Counted from the stretch's first letter, positions 35,706 through 46,156 are shown. The stretch: 64,000 bases of DNA from an uncultured Gammaproteobacteria bacterium (GCA_964634875.1 CAZWKA010000003.1:85928-149927); one strand, 5' to 3'. The notes: generated from the letters alone by a model not told the origin. Program-made: numbers and translations.

Positions 35706-36965
35706 CTAACTTAAAGTGCCTGTTTTTAAATATCGTTCTTTTTCTACTCGGCTTTTTTCTTTGATCGCTTCCAGTTCTTTTTTGTCGGCGAATATTCCCT
35801 GGTGGGGCGATTGGATCCGTAAGCAGTCTGTTTCAAGTTCTGTGTTGGTGTAGGGGATTACCCGGCAGCCTTCGCCGGCAGCATTTTTAATAATGTTTTT
35901 CTGTTGTTTTTTTATTTCTTTAAAAAGGCTTGTTACTTTAACAATAATCTGCCCTCCGGTCGTGATAACAGCTGGTTCGTACGGTATGTTTTTTAAGCCG
36001 AGCAAGCTCGCCAGATGGCCTTCAAAAATTGTGTCAATACTTTTTTTCTTTTGCTTCATTTGTAGTTCCGATTCATAGGTAGTACTCGCTGGTTGCCGGG
36101 CATTGATTTCAATCAGGTGTAGTTTTTTATTTTTTTCATCAAAAACTACATCAATACCGAAAAGGCCTTTCCAACCGCTCGCCGCTAGCTTTTTGCCAAT
36201 CGCCCCCGCCATCGCGCAGTATTGTTTGGCCAATGTGCCGTTAAGGAATTCATAAGGTAGCCCCCAGTCATTGCCGACGGTAGCAAATGAGCGTTCGGTA
36301 AACGGCCATAGCCCGGTAATTTGGTAACTGATATTCCCGATAAAGGTCGTGTTATTCCACTCGACGTTATTGCTCGTGAACACTGGTCCTTCAATATATT
36401 TGGTAACCCGAGCGGGTCGATCAGGAAATTGTTTTTGAATTTCCTGGAGCTGTTTTTTGGTTTCGATCAGGAGGGTGCCGCTCCCGGTGTGAGCGCGGTT
36501 AAATTGCAAAATAAACTTTTCGCCAGTAAATTTAATTTTTTTACACGGAAGAATCTGGTGAGGTGGTAAATACTTGGTTAGCTTTCCAAGCCACTCAACC
36601 TGAGTAATTTTTTCTTCAACTTTATTGGCTAGTTCGGCCGATGGGTTGAGTAGTGGCCAGCCTTGTTCTTTGCATGCGGTTTCGATCGCTCCGGTATTTT
36701 TGAAAACGAGAATATGAGGATTTTTGATTTTTTTAATGAATTTTACAGTGGAAAGGTGAGTGAGCAATTCGCGGGTGTCAAGCAGCGTCTTGCTTTTGAT
36801 TAAAAGTATGCCCGAGCGGGTTTTGGCAACCTGCTTCCCAAAGGGGGTGTTGTTTGTTACTATGAAGTAGTTTTTAGTCTTTGGCGGTAACCCTAATGCC
36901 CGCTCGATATCGCGGGTTACATAGACGATTGGTTGTTTTTTTAGGGCTATTTCAAGGGCTTTCAT
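35706..36965 (-). CDS. ATP-grasp family ligase
   Basis: GIDVVFDEKNKKLHLIEINARQ ATP-grasp signature. Confidence 0.6.
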   Translation of the reverse strand: MKALEIALKKQPIVYVTRDIERALGLPPKTKNYFIVTNNTPFGKQVAKTRSGILLIKSKTLLDTRELLTHLSTVKFIKKIKNPHILVFKNTGAIETACKEQGWPLLNPSAELANKVEEKITQVEWLGKLTKYLPPHQILPCKKIKFTGEKFILQFNRAHTGSGTLLIETKKQLQEIQKQFPDRPARVTKYIEGPVFTSNNVEWNNTTFIGNISYQITGLWPFTERSFATVGNDWGLPYEFLNGTLAKQYCAMAGAIGKKLAASGWKGLFGIDVVFDEKNKKLHLIEINARQPASTTYESELQMKQKKKSIDTIFEGHLASLLGLKNIPYEPAVITTGGQIIVKVTSLFKEIKKQQKNIIKNAAGEGCRVIPYTNTELETDCLRIQSPHQGIFADKKELEAIKEKSRVEKERYLKTGTLS

Positions 36966-37014
36966 AAGGTGGTAGTGTACTAAAAAAGATGGTTTTTGGC
37001 AACTAAAACAGGGT

Positions 37015-37953
37015 ATGCAAGAGTTATATAAAGAACTTAAAAACTACGGCCATGTCCGCCCAGGGGCTCTCATGTCCAAATACACCACGTTCCACATTGG
37101 CGGACCCGTGCAGTTTATGGTTGAAGTAAAAGAAAATGATAAATTAGTAGTCTTATTGAATTATTTGATGGGGGAGGGTATATCGTATTTCGTTTTGGGT
37201 GGTGGCTCGAATTTGCTTTGGCAGGATGATGAGTGGGAGGGTGTGGTTATAAAAGTGCAAAGTGAAAAAATAAAAGTGCAAAATAATGTGATAGAAGCTG
37301 AAGCTGGGGCGTCGTTTGCGGCAATGGTGATGACCGCGGTTCAAAATAATCTTGCTGGCTTAGAATGGGCGGCCGGAATGCCGGGCACGGTGGGCGGTGC
37401 GGTGCGAGGGAATGCTGGAGCAATGGAAAGTGATACGGGTCGATCGCTCGAAAGAATTGAAGTCTGGCGTGATGGTGAAGTTATGATCCTCAAACCAGAA
37501 GACTGTGAATATGGTTATCGTGACAGTGCTTTTAAGCGTAATACTGATGTTATTCTGCGGGCGTGGTTTAAGACGGTGCCTGGCGATAAAATCGCTTTGA
37601 TGCAAACTATGCAGGCGACGATTAGAGGGCGAAATGGTAAGTATCCGGCTTCGCCTTCCGCAGGAAGCTTCTTTAAAAATATCGATGTTAGCGCCTGGAG
37701 TGGGGATAGGTCTAAACTTCCCGAAAAGTTTTTGACAACAGGCAAAATTCCGGCGGGGTGGATTAATGAGCAAAACGGCCTTAAAGGTTTTGCAGTTGGA
37801 GGAGCAAAGGTGTCAGACGAACATGGTAATTTTTTAATCAATTATAACGGTGCGACACAACAGGATGTTTTGGGGGTGGTTGAGGAAGTACAAAAACGGG
37901 TGTATGATACTTTTAAGGTGGCATTGGATACTGAAGTCGTTATTAAGCAATAG
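37015..37953 (+). CDS. murB: UDP-N-acetylenolpyruvoylglucosamine reductase
   Basis: FAD-binding GGGSNLL motif. GNAGA motif. Correct length. Confidence 0.85.
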   Translation: MQELYKELKNYGHVRPGALMSKYTTFHIGGPVQFMVEVKENDKLVVLLNYLMGEGISYFVLGGGSNLLWQDDEWEGVVIKVQSEKIKVQNNVIEAEAGASFAAMVMTAVQNNLAGLEWAAGMPGTVGGAVRGNAGAMESDTGRSLERIEVWRDGEVMILKPEDCEYGYRDSAFKRNTDVILRAWFKTVPGDKIALMQTMQATIRGRNGKYPASPSAGSFFKNIDVSAWSGDRSKLPEKFLTTGKIPAGWINEQNGLKGFAVGGAKVSDEHGNFLINYNGATQQDVLGVVEEVQKRVYDTFKVALDTEVVIKQ

Positions 37954-37976
37954 TGTTTACTCTTAATTCTAGGTAT

Positions 37977-38336
37977 ATGCAGATCACTACAACGGGAAAA
38001 GGAGTTGAGCTCACAGAGGCTATTAAGGAGTATGTTGAAAAAAAGATTGGAGCGTTAGAAAAATTTTTTGATCGTATTGAGCGGGTAGAAGTTACTGTGG
38101 GTATGGAATCGCGTCACCATGCGAAGGGTGATATATTCTTCGCAGAAGCGAAACTCCTAGTGCCTGGAAATGATTTATTTGTTAAGGAAGTTAATTCGAC
38201 GCTCTATACGGCCATCGATGCGATTCGTGATCGGCTGGAAAATGATCTTAAAAAACATAAAATTACACTTGCAGGAAATGTAAAAAAACAAAAAGCCGAA
38301 GGACGGGCAGTGAAGGAGTACGTTCCTGAGGAATAA
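37977..38336 (+). CDS. hpf: Ribosome hibernation promoting factor (HPF/RaiA)
   Basis: MQITTTGKGVELTEAIKEYVEKKIGALEKFFDRIERVEVTV is the canonical HPF N-terminus. Confidence 0.75.
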   Translation: MQITTTGKGVELTEAIKEYVEKKIGALEKFFDRIERVEVTVGMESRHHAKGDIFFAEAKLLVPGNDLFVKEVNSTLYTAIDAIRDRLENDLKKHKITLAGNVKKQKAEGRAVKEYVPEE

Positions 38337-38345
38337 TATAGAACT

Positions 38346-40619
38346 ATGCAGCTGATTAAAAAGGTGTTTCTGTTTTTTTGGGCCAGAGTATACTCTCTGG
38401 CTGCTGCTTTTGTTATTGCCGGCGGATGGATGTGGTACCACGGTAATAAACACCATTTGGTACGCCTGGTGATTACGACATTTTGTTTGGCGGTAGGTAC
38501 CTTTGTCGCTTACCAAATTGGCGAATGGTTCTACGGATTTTTGGTGCGCCATTTTCGCCGGCATCCGTTTTGGCAAAAAGACTTCCGCGGTTTTCTTGAT
38601 CGGATTTTTTTTATTTTTTCACTCTTGTTTGTCGTTTTCTTGTCTCGTAATGAGCTCGTAAGTATTATATATGTTTCGCTGGTTTTATTTGTCTTATTCT
38701 GGCGCCTGCAGACGTATATTGCCCGACACCCAGCGCCCGACCTTTGGCTGGTAGTCAATAAGCAAATTTTTGCTTTAGCGTATTTTGTTTTTATTGTCCA
38801 AGCGGCGCTGCAGTATGCTGCGTACCATTATTATATTTTGGATTCTAATATCAAGTTCTTTAATATTGTCTTATTCCGCTCGGCCGCAATGACCGGTTTT
38901 TGGCTTTTGGGGTTTGCGGTCGCAAGTACGCTGTACTGGCGGCTACAAGGATTTTTCCGGTATGTCGCAGTGACACTCTGGGGATTATTTTTTTCTTTGA
39001 CGATGGCGCTCTGGGCGGTAAATATCGGCATTTTGTATTACTCAGGATTGTATTTTAGCCCGGTCGTGATCGACCATGCGACAGGGGCGGGAAGTGTCGC
39101 TGGTAATCGGATTGCGTATGTCCTTGCTATCATCTTTCTGGCTGTTTTAACCGCTTTTATTTGGTTGCTCCGTTCGGTGTTTAAGGCTCATGGCCGAACG
39201 CAGGGTCGCTATTGGCATTATTACAACGCGGTAATTGCGCTCATGGCTTTTGGTGCAATTTTTGGGCTATCTTCCTTCAAGAATACCCCGGAACATCAGG
39301 TGGTGAGGTCTTTTTATAATCACTATTTCGGTACAGAGACCAAAGTTGAGCTTCCGCTTGCGCTCCAGGAAAAATTGGAACGTTTTGGTCTTGTGTACGA
39401 CCTTGGGGCTTTTAAAGTAAGCCATCACCCCACTGTTTTTAGCACAAGCACACCGGTGCAGAAATTATTGCCTGAAAAGTTTTTGGCCAAAAAACCGAAC
39501 ATAGTTATTTTCTATTTGGAATCCTATTCAGCCCGCCTGACTGAAGTGTATAATCCTGGTCGGTTCCCGGGTTTGACTCCCGGTCTCGTAGCTTTTGCTG
39601 CTGATCCGGGCACCACAGTCTTTAGAAATTTTTACAACGCGTCAACGCCGACGATTACTGGAACATTGTCCCAGATGTGTTCGTTTTTACCACCGACCGG
39701 ACATAATGAGATACAGAATGACCGTAAATTGCAGAATCACCACTTGCTTTGTTTTCCGGAAATTCTCAAAAAGAATGCTGGGTATAAACACACAGCGTAT
39801 GTGACGGCGGTAGACAAGGAATACGCGAATAAAGAAGGTATTTTTACGAGCGCTGGCGTTGATAAGGTGTACGGTACCGATGAGTTAAAAAAATATATTG
39901 CCGGCGAGCCGTTGTCATGGGGGTATTCTGACCACCAGCTGTTTCCAGCGACGTGGAATTTTATAGAAGCTGCGCCACAACCTTTTTTGATGATGCTCGC
40001 GACCGTTGACACGCATCCGCCGTTTAATCTTGCACAAGATGTTGTTCCCTATGGCGATGGTAAACAGGACGTCTTAAATTCGTTCCATACAACTGATAAT
40101 GCCTTCCGGAAGTTTTGGGAACAATTCAAGGAAAGCCCGCTCTATGAGAATACGATCGTAGTAGCGGTTGCTGACCACGCTATTTTTCCGGCCGCTTTGA
40201 CAAAAGATCTATTCCCGGCCGAAGCCAAGACGCTTAGTTACTATGATGAAAATGCTTTCTTGATGTATGTGCCTGATAGTGTGTTGCCGAAAGAAGTGAC
40301 AACGTATTCGTCGGGTATTGATGTGACGCCAACGCTCCTGCATATGTTAGACATCAACGTGCCTAATTCATTTGAGGGACATTCGATTTTTGACGACCGA
40401 ACCTTGTACCCCAACCTTCTTGGCATGCATGAATTGGGTTTGTACATTAATCAGTCGGTTGTCGGAAAGCGAAAAATTGATTATGATATTCCTGACGAGC
40501 TTGATTGTCCGGAGCAATTGAGTGTTTCTTCAACAGCGCCTTTGACGCTCTGTGAGTTCGCGCAGTTTTACAAATGGAAACGGCAGATGTTTGAAGAAGG
40601 AAGGTTGTGGGAAAAATAA
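38346..40619 (+). CDS. Membrane-anchored sulfatase-family protein (LtaS/phosphoglycerol-transferase-like)
   Basis: Multi-TM N-terminus plus an alkaline-phosphatase-superfamily domain (FYLESYSARL...NASTPTITGT). Confidence 0.7.
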   Translation: MQLIKKVFLFFWARVYSLAAAFVIAGGWMWYHGNKHHLVRLVITTFCLAVGTFVAYQIGEWFYGFLVRHFRRHPFWQKDFRGFLDRIFFIFSLLFVVFLSRNELVSIIYVSLVLFVLFWRLQTYIARHPAPDLWLVVNKQIFALAYFVFIVQAALQYAAYHYYILDSNIKFFNIVLFRSAAMTGFWLLGFAVASTLYWRLQGFFRYVAVTLWGLFFSLTMALWAVNIGILYYSGLYFSPVVIDHATGAGSVAGNRIAYVLAIIFLAVLTAFIWLLRSVFKAHGRTQGRYWHYYNAVIALMAFGAIFGLSSFKNTPEHQVVRSFYNHYFGTETKVELPLALQEKLERFGLVYDLGAFKVSHHPTVFSTSTPVQKLLPEKFLAKKPNIVIFYLESYSARLTEVYNPGRFPGLTPGLVAFAADPGTTVFRNFYNASTPTITGTLSQMCSFLPPTGHNEIQNDRKLQNHHLLCFPEILKKNAGYKHTAYVTAVDKEYANKEGIFTSAGVDKVYGTDELKKYIAGEPLSWGYSDHQLFPATWNFIEAAPQPFLMMLATVDTHPPFNLAQDVVPYGDGKQDVLNSFHTTDNAFRKFWEQFKESPLYENTIVVAVADHAIFPAALTKDLFPAEAKTLSYYDENAFLMYVPDSVLPKEVTTYSSGIDVTPTLLHMLDINVPNSFEGHSIFDDRTLYPNLLGMHELGLYINQSVVGKRKIDYDIPDELDCPEQLSVSSTAPLTLCEFAQFYKWKRQMFEEGRLWEK

Positions 40620-40643
40620 AAATTTTATTTTTAATTTTTTAGT

Positions 40644-41021
40644 ATGAATGAAATTGCTCGAGAAATCCCCGTTTTAAGAGAAAAAGTGCAAAAAACAGGA
40701 GAAAAAGAAACAGTAAAAGCTCGTGACCCGGAAAGCATGGCCGAAGTAATCGCGCTTGATGTTGGTGATAGTGCGGCAGGTTTACCAACCGCACTGATCG
40801 AAAGCAGATTAATTCCAAAACTTAAATCTCTGGAGTTGGGGCAAAAGATGACATCGGTTTTTGATAAAAATATTGTGACTGTGGAAAGAACTCTGGAAGG
40901 TTTTGTTGCTACCTATGAAGCAGCTAAGGCAGACGTTGTGTTTGCCACAGCGGAAGCTCCTAAAAAGCCTATATCTTTAACTGTGGACGAAGAAAATACT
41001 GATGTACAGGAAGCTGCTTAA
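40644..41021 (+). CDS. Hypothetical protein (125 aa)
   Basis: ORF followed by a strong terminator. Confidence 0.4.
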   Translation: MNEIAREIPVLREKVQKTGEKETVKARDPESMAEVIALDVGDSAAGLPTALIESRLIPKLKSLELGQKMTSVFDKNIVTVERTLEGFVATYEAAKADVVFATAEAPKKPISLTVDEENTDVQEAA

Positions 41022-41035
41022 ATTATGCTACAAAA

Positions 41036-41066
41036 AAACCACTCACTGAGTGAGTGGTTTTTTATT
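41036..41066. terminator. Bidirectional intrinsic terminator
   Basis: AAAAAAACCACTCACT-GA-GTGAGTGGTTTTTTATTT. Confidence 0.75.
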
Positions 41067-41356
41067 TATTCTTCAGGAAATATTTGTTTGCCTTGTTCGT
41101 CGTAGAGGAGGATTGCAAGAACAGGGCAGGACTGGGCAGACATGAGGAGTGTGTCGTCGTCGGCAGCGTCGGGGTCAACGATGTAGGCCAGGTTTTCGTC
41201 GTCCATTTGGAATACGCCGGGGGTAACCGCAACGCACGAACGAGCACCAATACATTTCGCCCGGTCAACAACAATATGACGGATGGAACCGGTTTTTTTA
41301 ACGGCGTAATCATTTTTTTCAGGAAGCGGAAAGGGGAGTGCTGTGACTGGTTCCAT
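41066..41356 (-). CDS. Single-cluster ferredoxin
   Basis: CIGARSC...SCPVLAI Cys pattern. Confidence 0.5.
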   Translation of the reverse strand: MEPVTALPFPLPEKNDYAVKKTGSIRHIVVDRAKCIGARSCVAVTPGVFQMDDENLAYIVDPDAADDDTLLMSAQSCPVLAILLYDEQGKQIFPEE

Positions 41357-41376
41357 AGGACGATTTGGTAAAAGCT

Positions 41377-41410
41377 GTAAGCAGATTAGGCAGAATAGGC
41401 AAAGTAAGTA
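41377..41410. repeat. Short palindromic repeat family, copy C
   Basis: GTAAGCAGATTAGGCAGAATAGGCAAAGTAAGTA. Confidence 0.55.
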
Positions 41411-41437
41411 TAATTTTAGCTTTGCTCAGGGTTATTG

Positions 41438-41854
41438 TCAACGTTTCAGATACGCTTCAAACACAGGGTACAGGTTTGGAATGATATTTGCCTGCGTATA
41501 TTCTTTAGGGTCTATCCACGCAAAAGCAGTATGGTCCGCGCTGAGGGCCACCGTGTCTGTTGCACTTTCGCATTCAAAGAAAATGCCGACAATTTGCCAG
41601 GGCTCGTCTTTAACCGTTGGCCGCCATTCATTTACAAAAAATGGTTTGCCGATCGTTATCGCAAGCCCAGTTTCTTCGAGGACTTCACGCCGTAGTGCAT
41701 CGTCAAATCGTTCACCAGGTTGTATTCGTCCGCCAACAACATCATATTTATTCACGTTTGTTCCGTCCTGGTAGTTACTCGATTCTTGCAAAACTAAAAT
41801 TTTACCCTTGTGGGTGATGAATGCTTTGGTGGCAACAAATAGCTTTGGTTCCAT
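41438..41854 (-). CDS. NUDIX hydrolase
   Basis: NUDIX box GGRIQPGERFDDALRREVLEETGL. Confidence 0.85.
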   Translation of the reverse strand: MEPKLFVATKAFITHKGKILVLQESSNYQDGTNVNKYDVVGGRIQPGERFDDALRREVLEETGLAITIGKPFFVNEWRPTVKDEPWQIVGIFFECESATDTVALSADHTAFAWIDPKEYTQANIIPNLYPVFEAYLKR

Positions 41855-41858
41855 AGGT

Positions 41859-42173
41859 TTAAAAAATATCTCCTAAAAAATCGTCCTTGGCAATAGTGTC
41901 AAGTGTTGGGTGCACTAGTTTTTCTACCTCGTTTTTCTCAATTTTTTCAGCAATCGTTTTGGTATTGGCCTCGTGAATAATATATTCGTCGTTTATAACT
42001 ACGTTAGGGCCTTGTTCGCAATAATCGACGCACTCCGTAAAATCTAAATCAACCTGTTCGTTTTTCAAACCAAACGCTAACCCAGAATGTTCTTCGAGCC
42101 TGTCCATAATAGATTGTGAATTGCGTGCGGAGCATTTATTGCCGCAACAGACGCGAATTTGTTTGGGTGGCAT
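41859..42173 (-). CDS. Thioredoxin-like [2Fe-2S] ferredoxin (NuoE-like)
   Basis: VCCGNKC...ECVDYCEQGP four-Cys pattern. Confidence 0.55.
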   Translation of the reverse strand: MPPKQIRVCCGNKCSARNSQSIMDRLEEHSGLAFGLKNEQVDLDFTECVDYCEQGPNVVINDEYIIHEANTKTIAEKIEKNEVEKLVHPTLDTIAKDDFLGDIF

Positions 42174-42180
42174 AGGGGGT

Positions 42181-42462
42181 TTAGACGCCCATCATAACCC
42201 GGACTTCGTCGGGGATTTTGTAGGGTGGGTCAAAAGTGAGTTCAATAGTCACTTCCTGTCCACTACCGTCCAAGGCCTTTTTAATTTCCTCGTTAATTTG
42301 AGGGCCCCATGGACAAAACGGGGTGGTGTAGGTCATGAGAATATCGATTTTTTGGTCAGTAACTGTGAGTTTGTAAATCAGCCCCATAGTCCATATATCC
42401 AAGGCGATTTCGGGGTCTTTGACCGTTTGTAATTTTTCGATCACTGCTTGCTCAGTAAACAT
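42181..42462 (-). CDS. sufT: Fe-S assembly SufT/MIP18-family (DUF59) protein
   Basis: DPEI...TPFCPWGP motif. Start MFTEQ lies 4 nt from the sufC stop. The longer ORF-track start would overlap sufC. Confidence 0.65.
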   Translation of the reverse strand: MFTEQAVIEKLQTVKDPEIALDIWTMGLIYKLTVTDQKIDILMTYTTPFCPWGPQINEEIKKALDGSGQEVTIELTFDPPYKIPDEVRVMMGV

Positions 42463-42466
42463 ACAT

Positions 42467-43198
42467 TTAGTTTCTGAATTGATAATAGCCTGTTTTTTCA
42501 ACTTCTTCGGCAACTGTTTTATCTCCTGAAAGTACGATGGTGCCATCGACCATAATATGAACAAAATCCGGTACGATATATTCGAGGATGCGGTTGTAGT
42601 GGGTAATAAGAAGCAGTCCCTTTTCTGAGGAGCGAAAAGCATTGATTCCTTCGGCAACTATACGTAGAGCATCAACATCTAGCCCTGAATCTGTTTCATC
42701 GAGAACGGCGTAGCTTGGGTTGAGAAGTACGAGTTGTAAAATTTCGAGACGTTTTTTTTCACCGCCTGAAAACCCGGTGCCCAGTGAGCGTTTGATAAAA
42801 GCAGGGTCAATGCCTAGTGCTTTCATTTTTTCAATCAGAAGGGCGTGGAACTCGAGCGGATGTTGGAGTTTGCCAGTCATCGCCTGTACGGCCAGTCGAA
42901 GAAAGTGACCAACGGTGACGCCGGGTAATTCCGGAGGATATTGCATCGATAAAAATAGCCCGGCTTTAGCTCGTTCATCTGGTGAGAGCGGAAGTATATC
43001 TTTTTTATCGAGTGTGATACTGCCTTGAGTCACGGTATATTTAGGGTGCCCAGCGAGCGTATTGGCCAAAGTTGATTTACCGGAACCGTTCGGTCCCATG
43101 ATAACATGAACTTCACCCGGCTTAATGGTGAGATTTATATAGGTGATGATTATTTTTCCAGCGCTGGTAACGCTTAGGTCTTCGATTTTCAAGCTCAT
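42467..43198 (-). CDS. sufC: Fe-S cluster assembly ATPase SufC
   Basis: GPNGSGKST Walker A. ABC signature FSGGEKKR. Walker B LDETDSGLD. Confidence 0.9.
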   Translation of the reverse strand: MSLKIEDLSVTSAGKIIITYINLTIKPGEVHVIMGPNGSGKSTLANTLAGHPKYTVTQGSITLDKKDILPLSPDERAKAGLFLSMQYPPELPGVTVGHFLRLAVQAMTGKLQHPLEFHALLIEKMKALGIDPAFIKRSLGTGFSGGEKKRLEILQLVLLNPSYAVLDETDSGLDVDALRIVAEGINAFRSSEKGLLLITHYNRILEYIVPDFVHIMVDGTIVLSGDKTVAEEVEKTGYYQFRN

Positions 43199-43596
43199 AT
43201 ATGGTTGGCTAGGGTCTCGGCGTGCGCCAGACTCTTTTTAATTGCAGTTAATCCCAAGAGGGCGCAGCGTAGTCGGGTTGGATTTAATTTTTTTAAACCC
43301 ATTAGTTCAAGAAGTTTTTCACCATCAAACTCTTTGATTTGTTGTTTGGTTTTTCCTTTGACATGTTCGGTAGCCAAAGAAGTGGCTGCTTGTGAAATGG
43401 CACAGCCTTCACCTTGAAAACCGATATCAGTGAGCCTGTCAGCGCTATCAAATTTAAGAAAGAGTTCTGTATGGTCGCCGCAGAGCGGGTTGAATTCCAA
43501 ACCGGTTGCGTCAAAATCCGCCAACCTTTTTTTGTTGAGCGGGTTGCGATAGAGATCGAGCAGGAATTCGGAGTAAAGTTCATCGCTAGTTTCCAT
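43195..43596 (-). CDS. sufU: SufU/NifU-like Fe-S scaffold
   Basis: NPLCGD ... GCAIS ... C motifs. Confidence 0.8.
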   Translation of the reverse strand: METSDELYSEFLLDLYRNPLNKKRLADFDATGLEFNPLCGDHTELFLKFDSADRLTDIGFQGEGCAISQAATSLATEHVKGKTKQQIKEFDGEKLLELMGLKKLNPTRLRCALLGLTAIKKSLAHAETLANHI

Positions 43597-43598
43597 AG

Positions 43599-44792
43599 TT
43601 AGGTAAAAAGTTTTTTTACTTCTTTAATTCCGCTAATTAATTTATCAATATCTTCGATAGTATTGTAAACGCCAAACGAAATGCGAGTCGTGCCGGAGAG
43701 TTCTAAATAATCCATGAGCGGCATGGTGCAGTGGTGCCCAGCGCGAACAGCGACGTGGTGGCGATTGAGCACTTCGGCAATATCGTGCGGGTGAATGTTG
43801 GGGATGACAAAGGAAATAATAGCTTTGTGTGTTTCACTATTTTTGTTTCCGATTACGTTCACTTCTGGTGTGAGTTTTTCGAGTGCGTAGTTCATGAGCT
43901 GGTTATCGTGAGTTTGAATTGTTTCCCAGCCAGTACTGGTGACAAAATCAACGGCTGCGCCAAGGCCGATTGCTCCGGCGATGTTAGGCGTTCCGGCTTC
44001 GAATTTATTTGGCGCGTCGACCCACGTGGCTGATGTATAGGTGACGCTCTGCACCATGTCGCCGCCGTAGAATAGTGGTTCCAGGGTTTCGAGGTTTTTC
44101 TTTTTACCGTAGATAACCCCGATGCCGGTTGGTCCATACATTTTATGGCCCGAAAAAACCAAGTAGTCACAGCCAAGCTCGCGCACATTAATTGGTGTGT
44201 GTGCTACAAGTTGGGCGGCATCGATAATCGTGCAGGCACCTTGTCGTTCGGCAAGGGCAATAATTTTTTGAAGGGGGATAGTGGTGCCGAGGCTATTGGA
44301 GAGCCCGCTCACGCTGACGATTTTTGTTTTAGCATCAATTAATTCTTCAGCAGAGGCGAGGTCAATTTCTGTTGTCCCAGTGAGCTCGATAAAACGTACT
44401 TCGAAATCATGCTCCTTGGCCATTTCCTGCCAAGGGATGAGGTTGGCATGGTGTTCGAGACGGGTCAAGACGACGTTGTCGCCTGGGTTTACATTTTTAG
44501 TTAGGCTCTGAGCCAACAAGTTAAGTCCGTGTGTTGTGCCAGATGTAAAAATAATTTCGCCTGCATCGGCGCCAATAAACCGAGCAACTTTTTCTTTAGC
44601 AGTTTCGTAGGCACTGCTCGCTTGTTCGCTGAGCGTGTACACCCCGCGATGAATGTTGGCGCGATAGTTCGTATAATATTCGTTCATGGCATCAAGCACG
44701 ATCCTTGGTGTTTGAGTGCTGGAGGCACTATCAAGATAGACCAGATCAGGCTGATTTTGGAAAATGGGAAAATTTTCTTTGTAATTTTTCAT
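43599..44792 (-). CDS. sufS: Cysteine desulfurase SufS
   Basis: PLP Lys SGHKMYGPTG. Active-site RAGHHC. Confidence 0.9.
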   Translation of the reverse strand: MKNYKENFPIFQNQPDLVYLDSASSTQTPRIVLDAMNEYYTNYRANIHRGVYTLSEQASSAYETAKEKVARFIGADAGEIIFTSGTTHGLNLLAQSLTKNVNPGDNVVLTRLEHHANLIPWQEMAKEHDFEVRFIELTGTTEIDLASAEELIDAKTKIVSVSGLSNSLGTTIPLQKIIALAERQGACTIIDAAQLVAHTPINVRELGCDYLVFSGHKMYGPTGIGVIYGKKKNLETLEPLFYGGDMVQSVTYTSATWVDAPNKFEAGTPNIAGAIGLGAAVDFVTSTGWETIQTHDNQLMNYALEKLTPEVNVIGNKNSETHKAIISFVIPNIHPHDIAEVLNRHHVAVRAGHHCTMPLMDYLELSGTTRISFGVYNTIEDIDKLISGIKEVKKLFT

Positions 44793-44802
44793 ATTTTTTC
44801 TG

Positions 44803-45381
44803 CTATGCTTCCAAGAGCCAGCTGATAATCAAAAAGCTCAGACACTCAAGACCAATCACACCGGCCAAATAACGTACGTCTGGGTAGACTACACCAATAA
44901 GAATAAAAATTGAACAACCAAAGATTCCTATAATACGTCCGCAACCCCCGGCCATTTTAAGCGACGTGTGGTCGCTTTTGGTAATGATCCAGGCGACAGC
45001 AAAAGAAAATACGTTAAAAAGTAGTGGTGCCCACCAGCTGGAAAGCGGTTTTTCAAAAGGATAGTAACCAAGGGCTAGTAATGTCGTCGGTACAAGCATG
45101 GCTAGGGTGAAAATCAATTTAAAAATTTCATTGATAGAGCGGGGAATGCTAGTGCGTGCGGTGCGGTCGCTGTCAAGGAAAGATTTGATGCGTCCAGTAA
45201 CGACACGTTCAACGGCGAAAAAAAATAAAAACCACAACAACATTGGAATAATAACGCTGCTACGAATATTGGCCACAAAACCTTGAAAAATAAAATGACC
45301 GACGCAATAAAGTATGAGCATACTTCCGAGCGCCCCCCAATACGACTGTGGGTTTACTTCATGCATGTTTTTTTGGTTCAT
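44803..45381 (-). CDS. Hypothetical membrane protein
   Basis: Five predicted TM helices. Start trimmed to avoid overlap with the upstream gene. Confidence 0.4.
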   Translation of the reverse strand: MNQKNMHEVNPQSYWGALGSMLILYCVGHFIFQGFVANIRSSVIIPMLLWFLFFFAVERVVTGRIKSFLDSDRTARTSIPRSINEIFKLIFTLAMLVPTTLLALGYYPFEKPLSSWWAPLLFNVFSFAVAWIITKSDHTSLKMAGGCGRIIGIFGCSIFILIGVVYPDVRYLAGVIGLECLSFLIISWLLEA

Positions 45382-45397
45382 ATCCAAAACGAATTCA

Positions 45398-46156
45398 TTA
45401 TTTATCCCAAAAGTCGTACGCCGCTTTGAGCGTGGCCTCGGAACGTTCGTAGAGGTAATCAAAATTACCGTGGTTTGTTCCTTTTTTGCAACAAGTGTTT
45501 ATCTTTCTTAGTGCGAGTGCACAGTCCTGAACATTTTTTAGTAAGGCCAGTCCGGGGTTACCTTTGCTGCGCACACCTTCTAAGTCCCCAAGTACGTATT
45601 CCAGTTTGCTGTGCGTGGTTCGGTCGATGGAGAAAAAATAAGTGTCAAAGGGGATGGTGATACCAGCATGGGCCGCTCGCTCTGCTTCGGAAAAAACAAT
45701 ATCAACAACTTCTTTAAAATTCGTTATGTCTTCGACAACTTCACCTTGATGTTCGCTGGTATTCCCTGGAGTGAGTCCTCCGAGGCAAATGAACTCATTG
45801 TTTGTTCCATTAGTCATGAGAATATTTGTGGAGTCTTCGTTTTTACGATAGGTAGTAAAAACTTTAAAACCATTTTTTTTGAGAACCTCATAATTAGTGA
45901 GCGAACGCTCCACTAGTTCTCTGATGCGCTTGGCTGCTTTTTCTGGTCCAAAGTTTGGATCGGGGCGAAATTTTTTTATCACCATCATTGCTTGCTTGCC
46001 TTCAACATCAATAGTTGCCTCGTAAGCATCAGCATCGGCCCCGCTACCAATTTTTCTTTCGTTCACAATGCTTAGTTCACTGCTGCGGGCATCGTGCCGA
46101 GTAAAAGTATCTTTACGAAGCATATAATTTAAAAAAGATAAGTTTACTTTAACCAA
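45398..46156 (-). CDS. Hypothetical protein with a kinase-like Gly-loop/Lys motif (IGSGADADAYEATIDV...VIKKF)
   Basis: Motif resemblance only. Occupies the position where sufD is usually found. Confidence 0.4.
   Translation of the reverse strand: MVKVNLSFLNYMLRKDTFTRHDARSSELSIVNERKIGSGADADAYEATIDVEGKQAMMVIKKFRPDPNFGPEKAAKRIRELVERSLTNYEVLKKNGFKVFTTYRKNEDSTNILMTNGTNNEFICLGGLTPGNTSEHQGEVVEDITNFKEVVDIVFSEAERAAHAGITIPFDTYFFSIDRTTHSKLEYVLGDLEGVRSKGNPGLALLKNVQDCALALRKINTCCKKGTNHGNFDYLYERSEATLKAAYDFWDK

Noticed and set aside
37255-37290. AAAGTGCAAAGTGAAAAAATAAAAGTGCAAAATAATG inside murB, resembling the infC and MTase upstream motif
   Set aside because: It is in-frame coding (KVQSEKIKVQNNV). Most likely a coincidental A-rich repeat or a small in-frame insertion. 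Not treated as a promoter.
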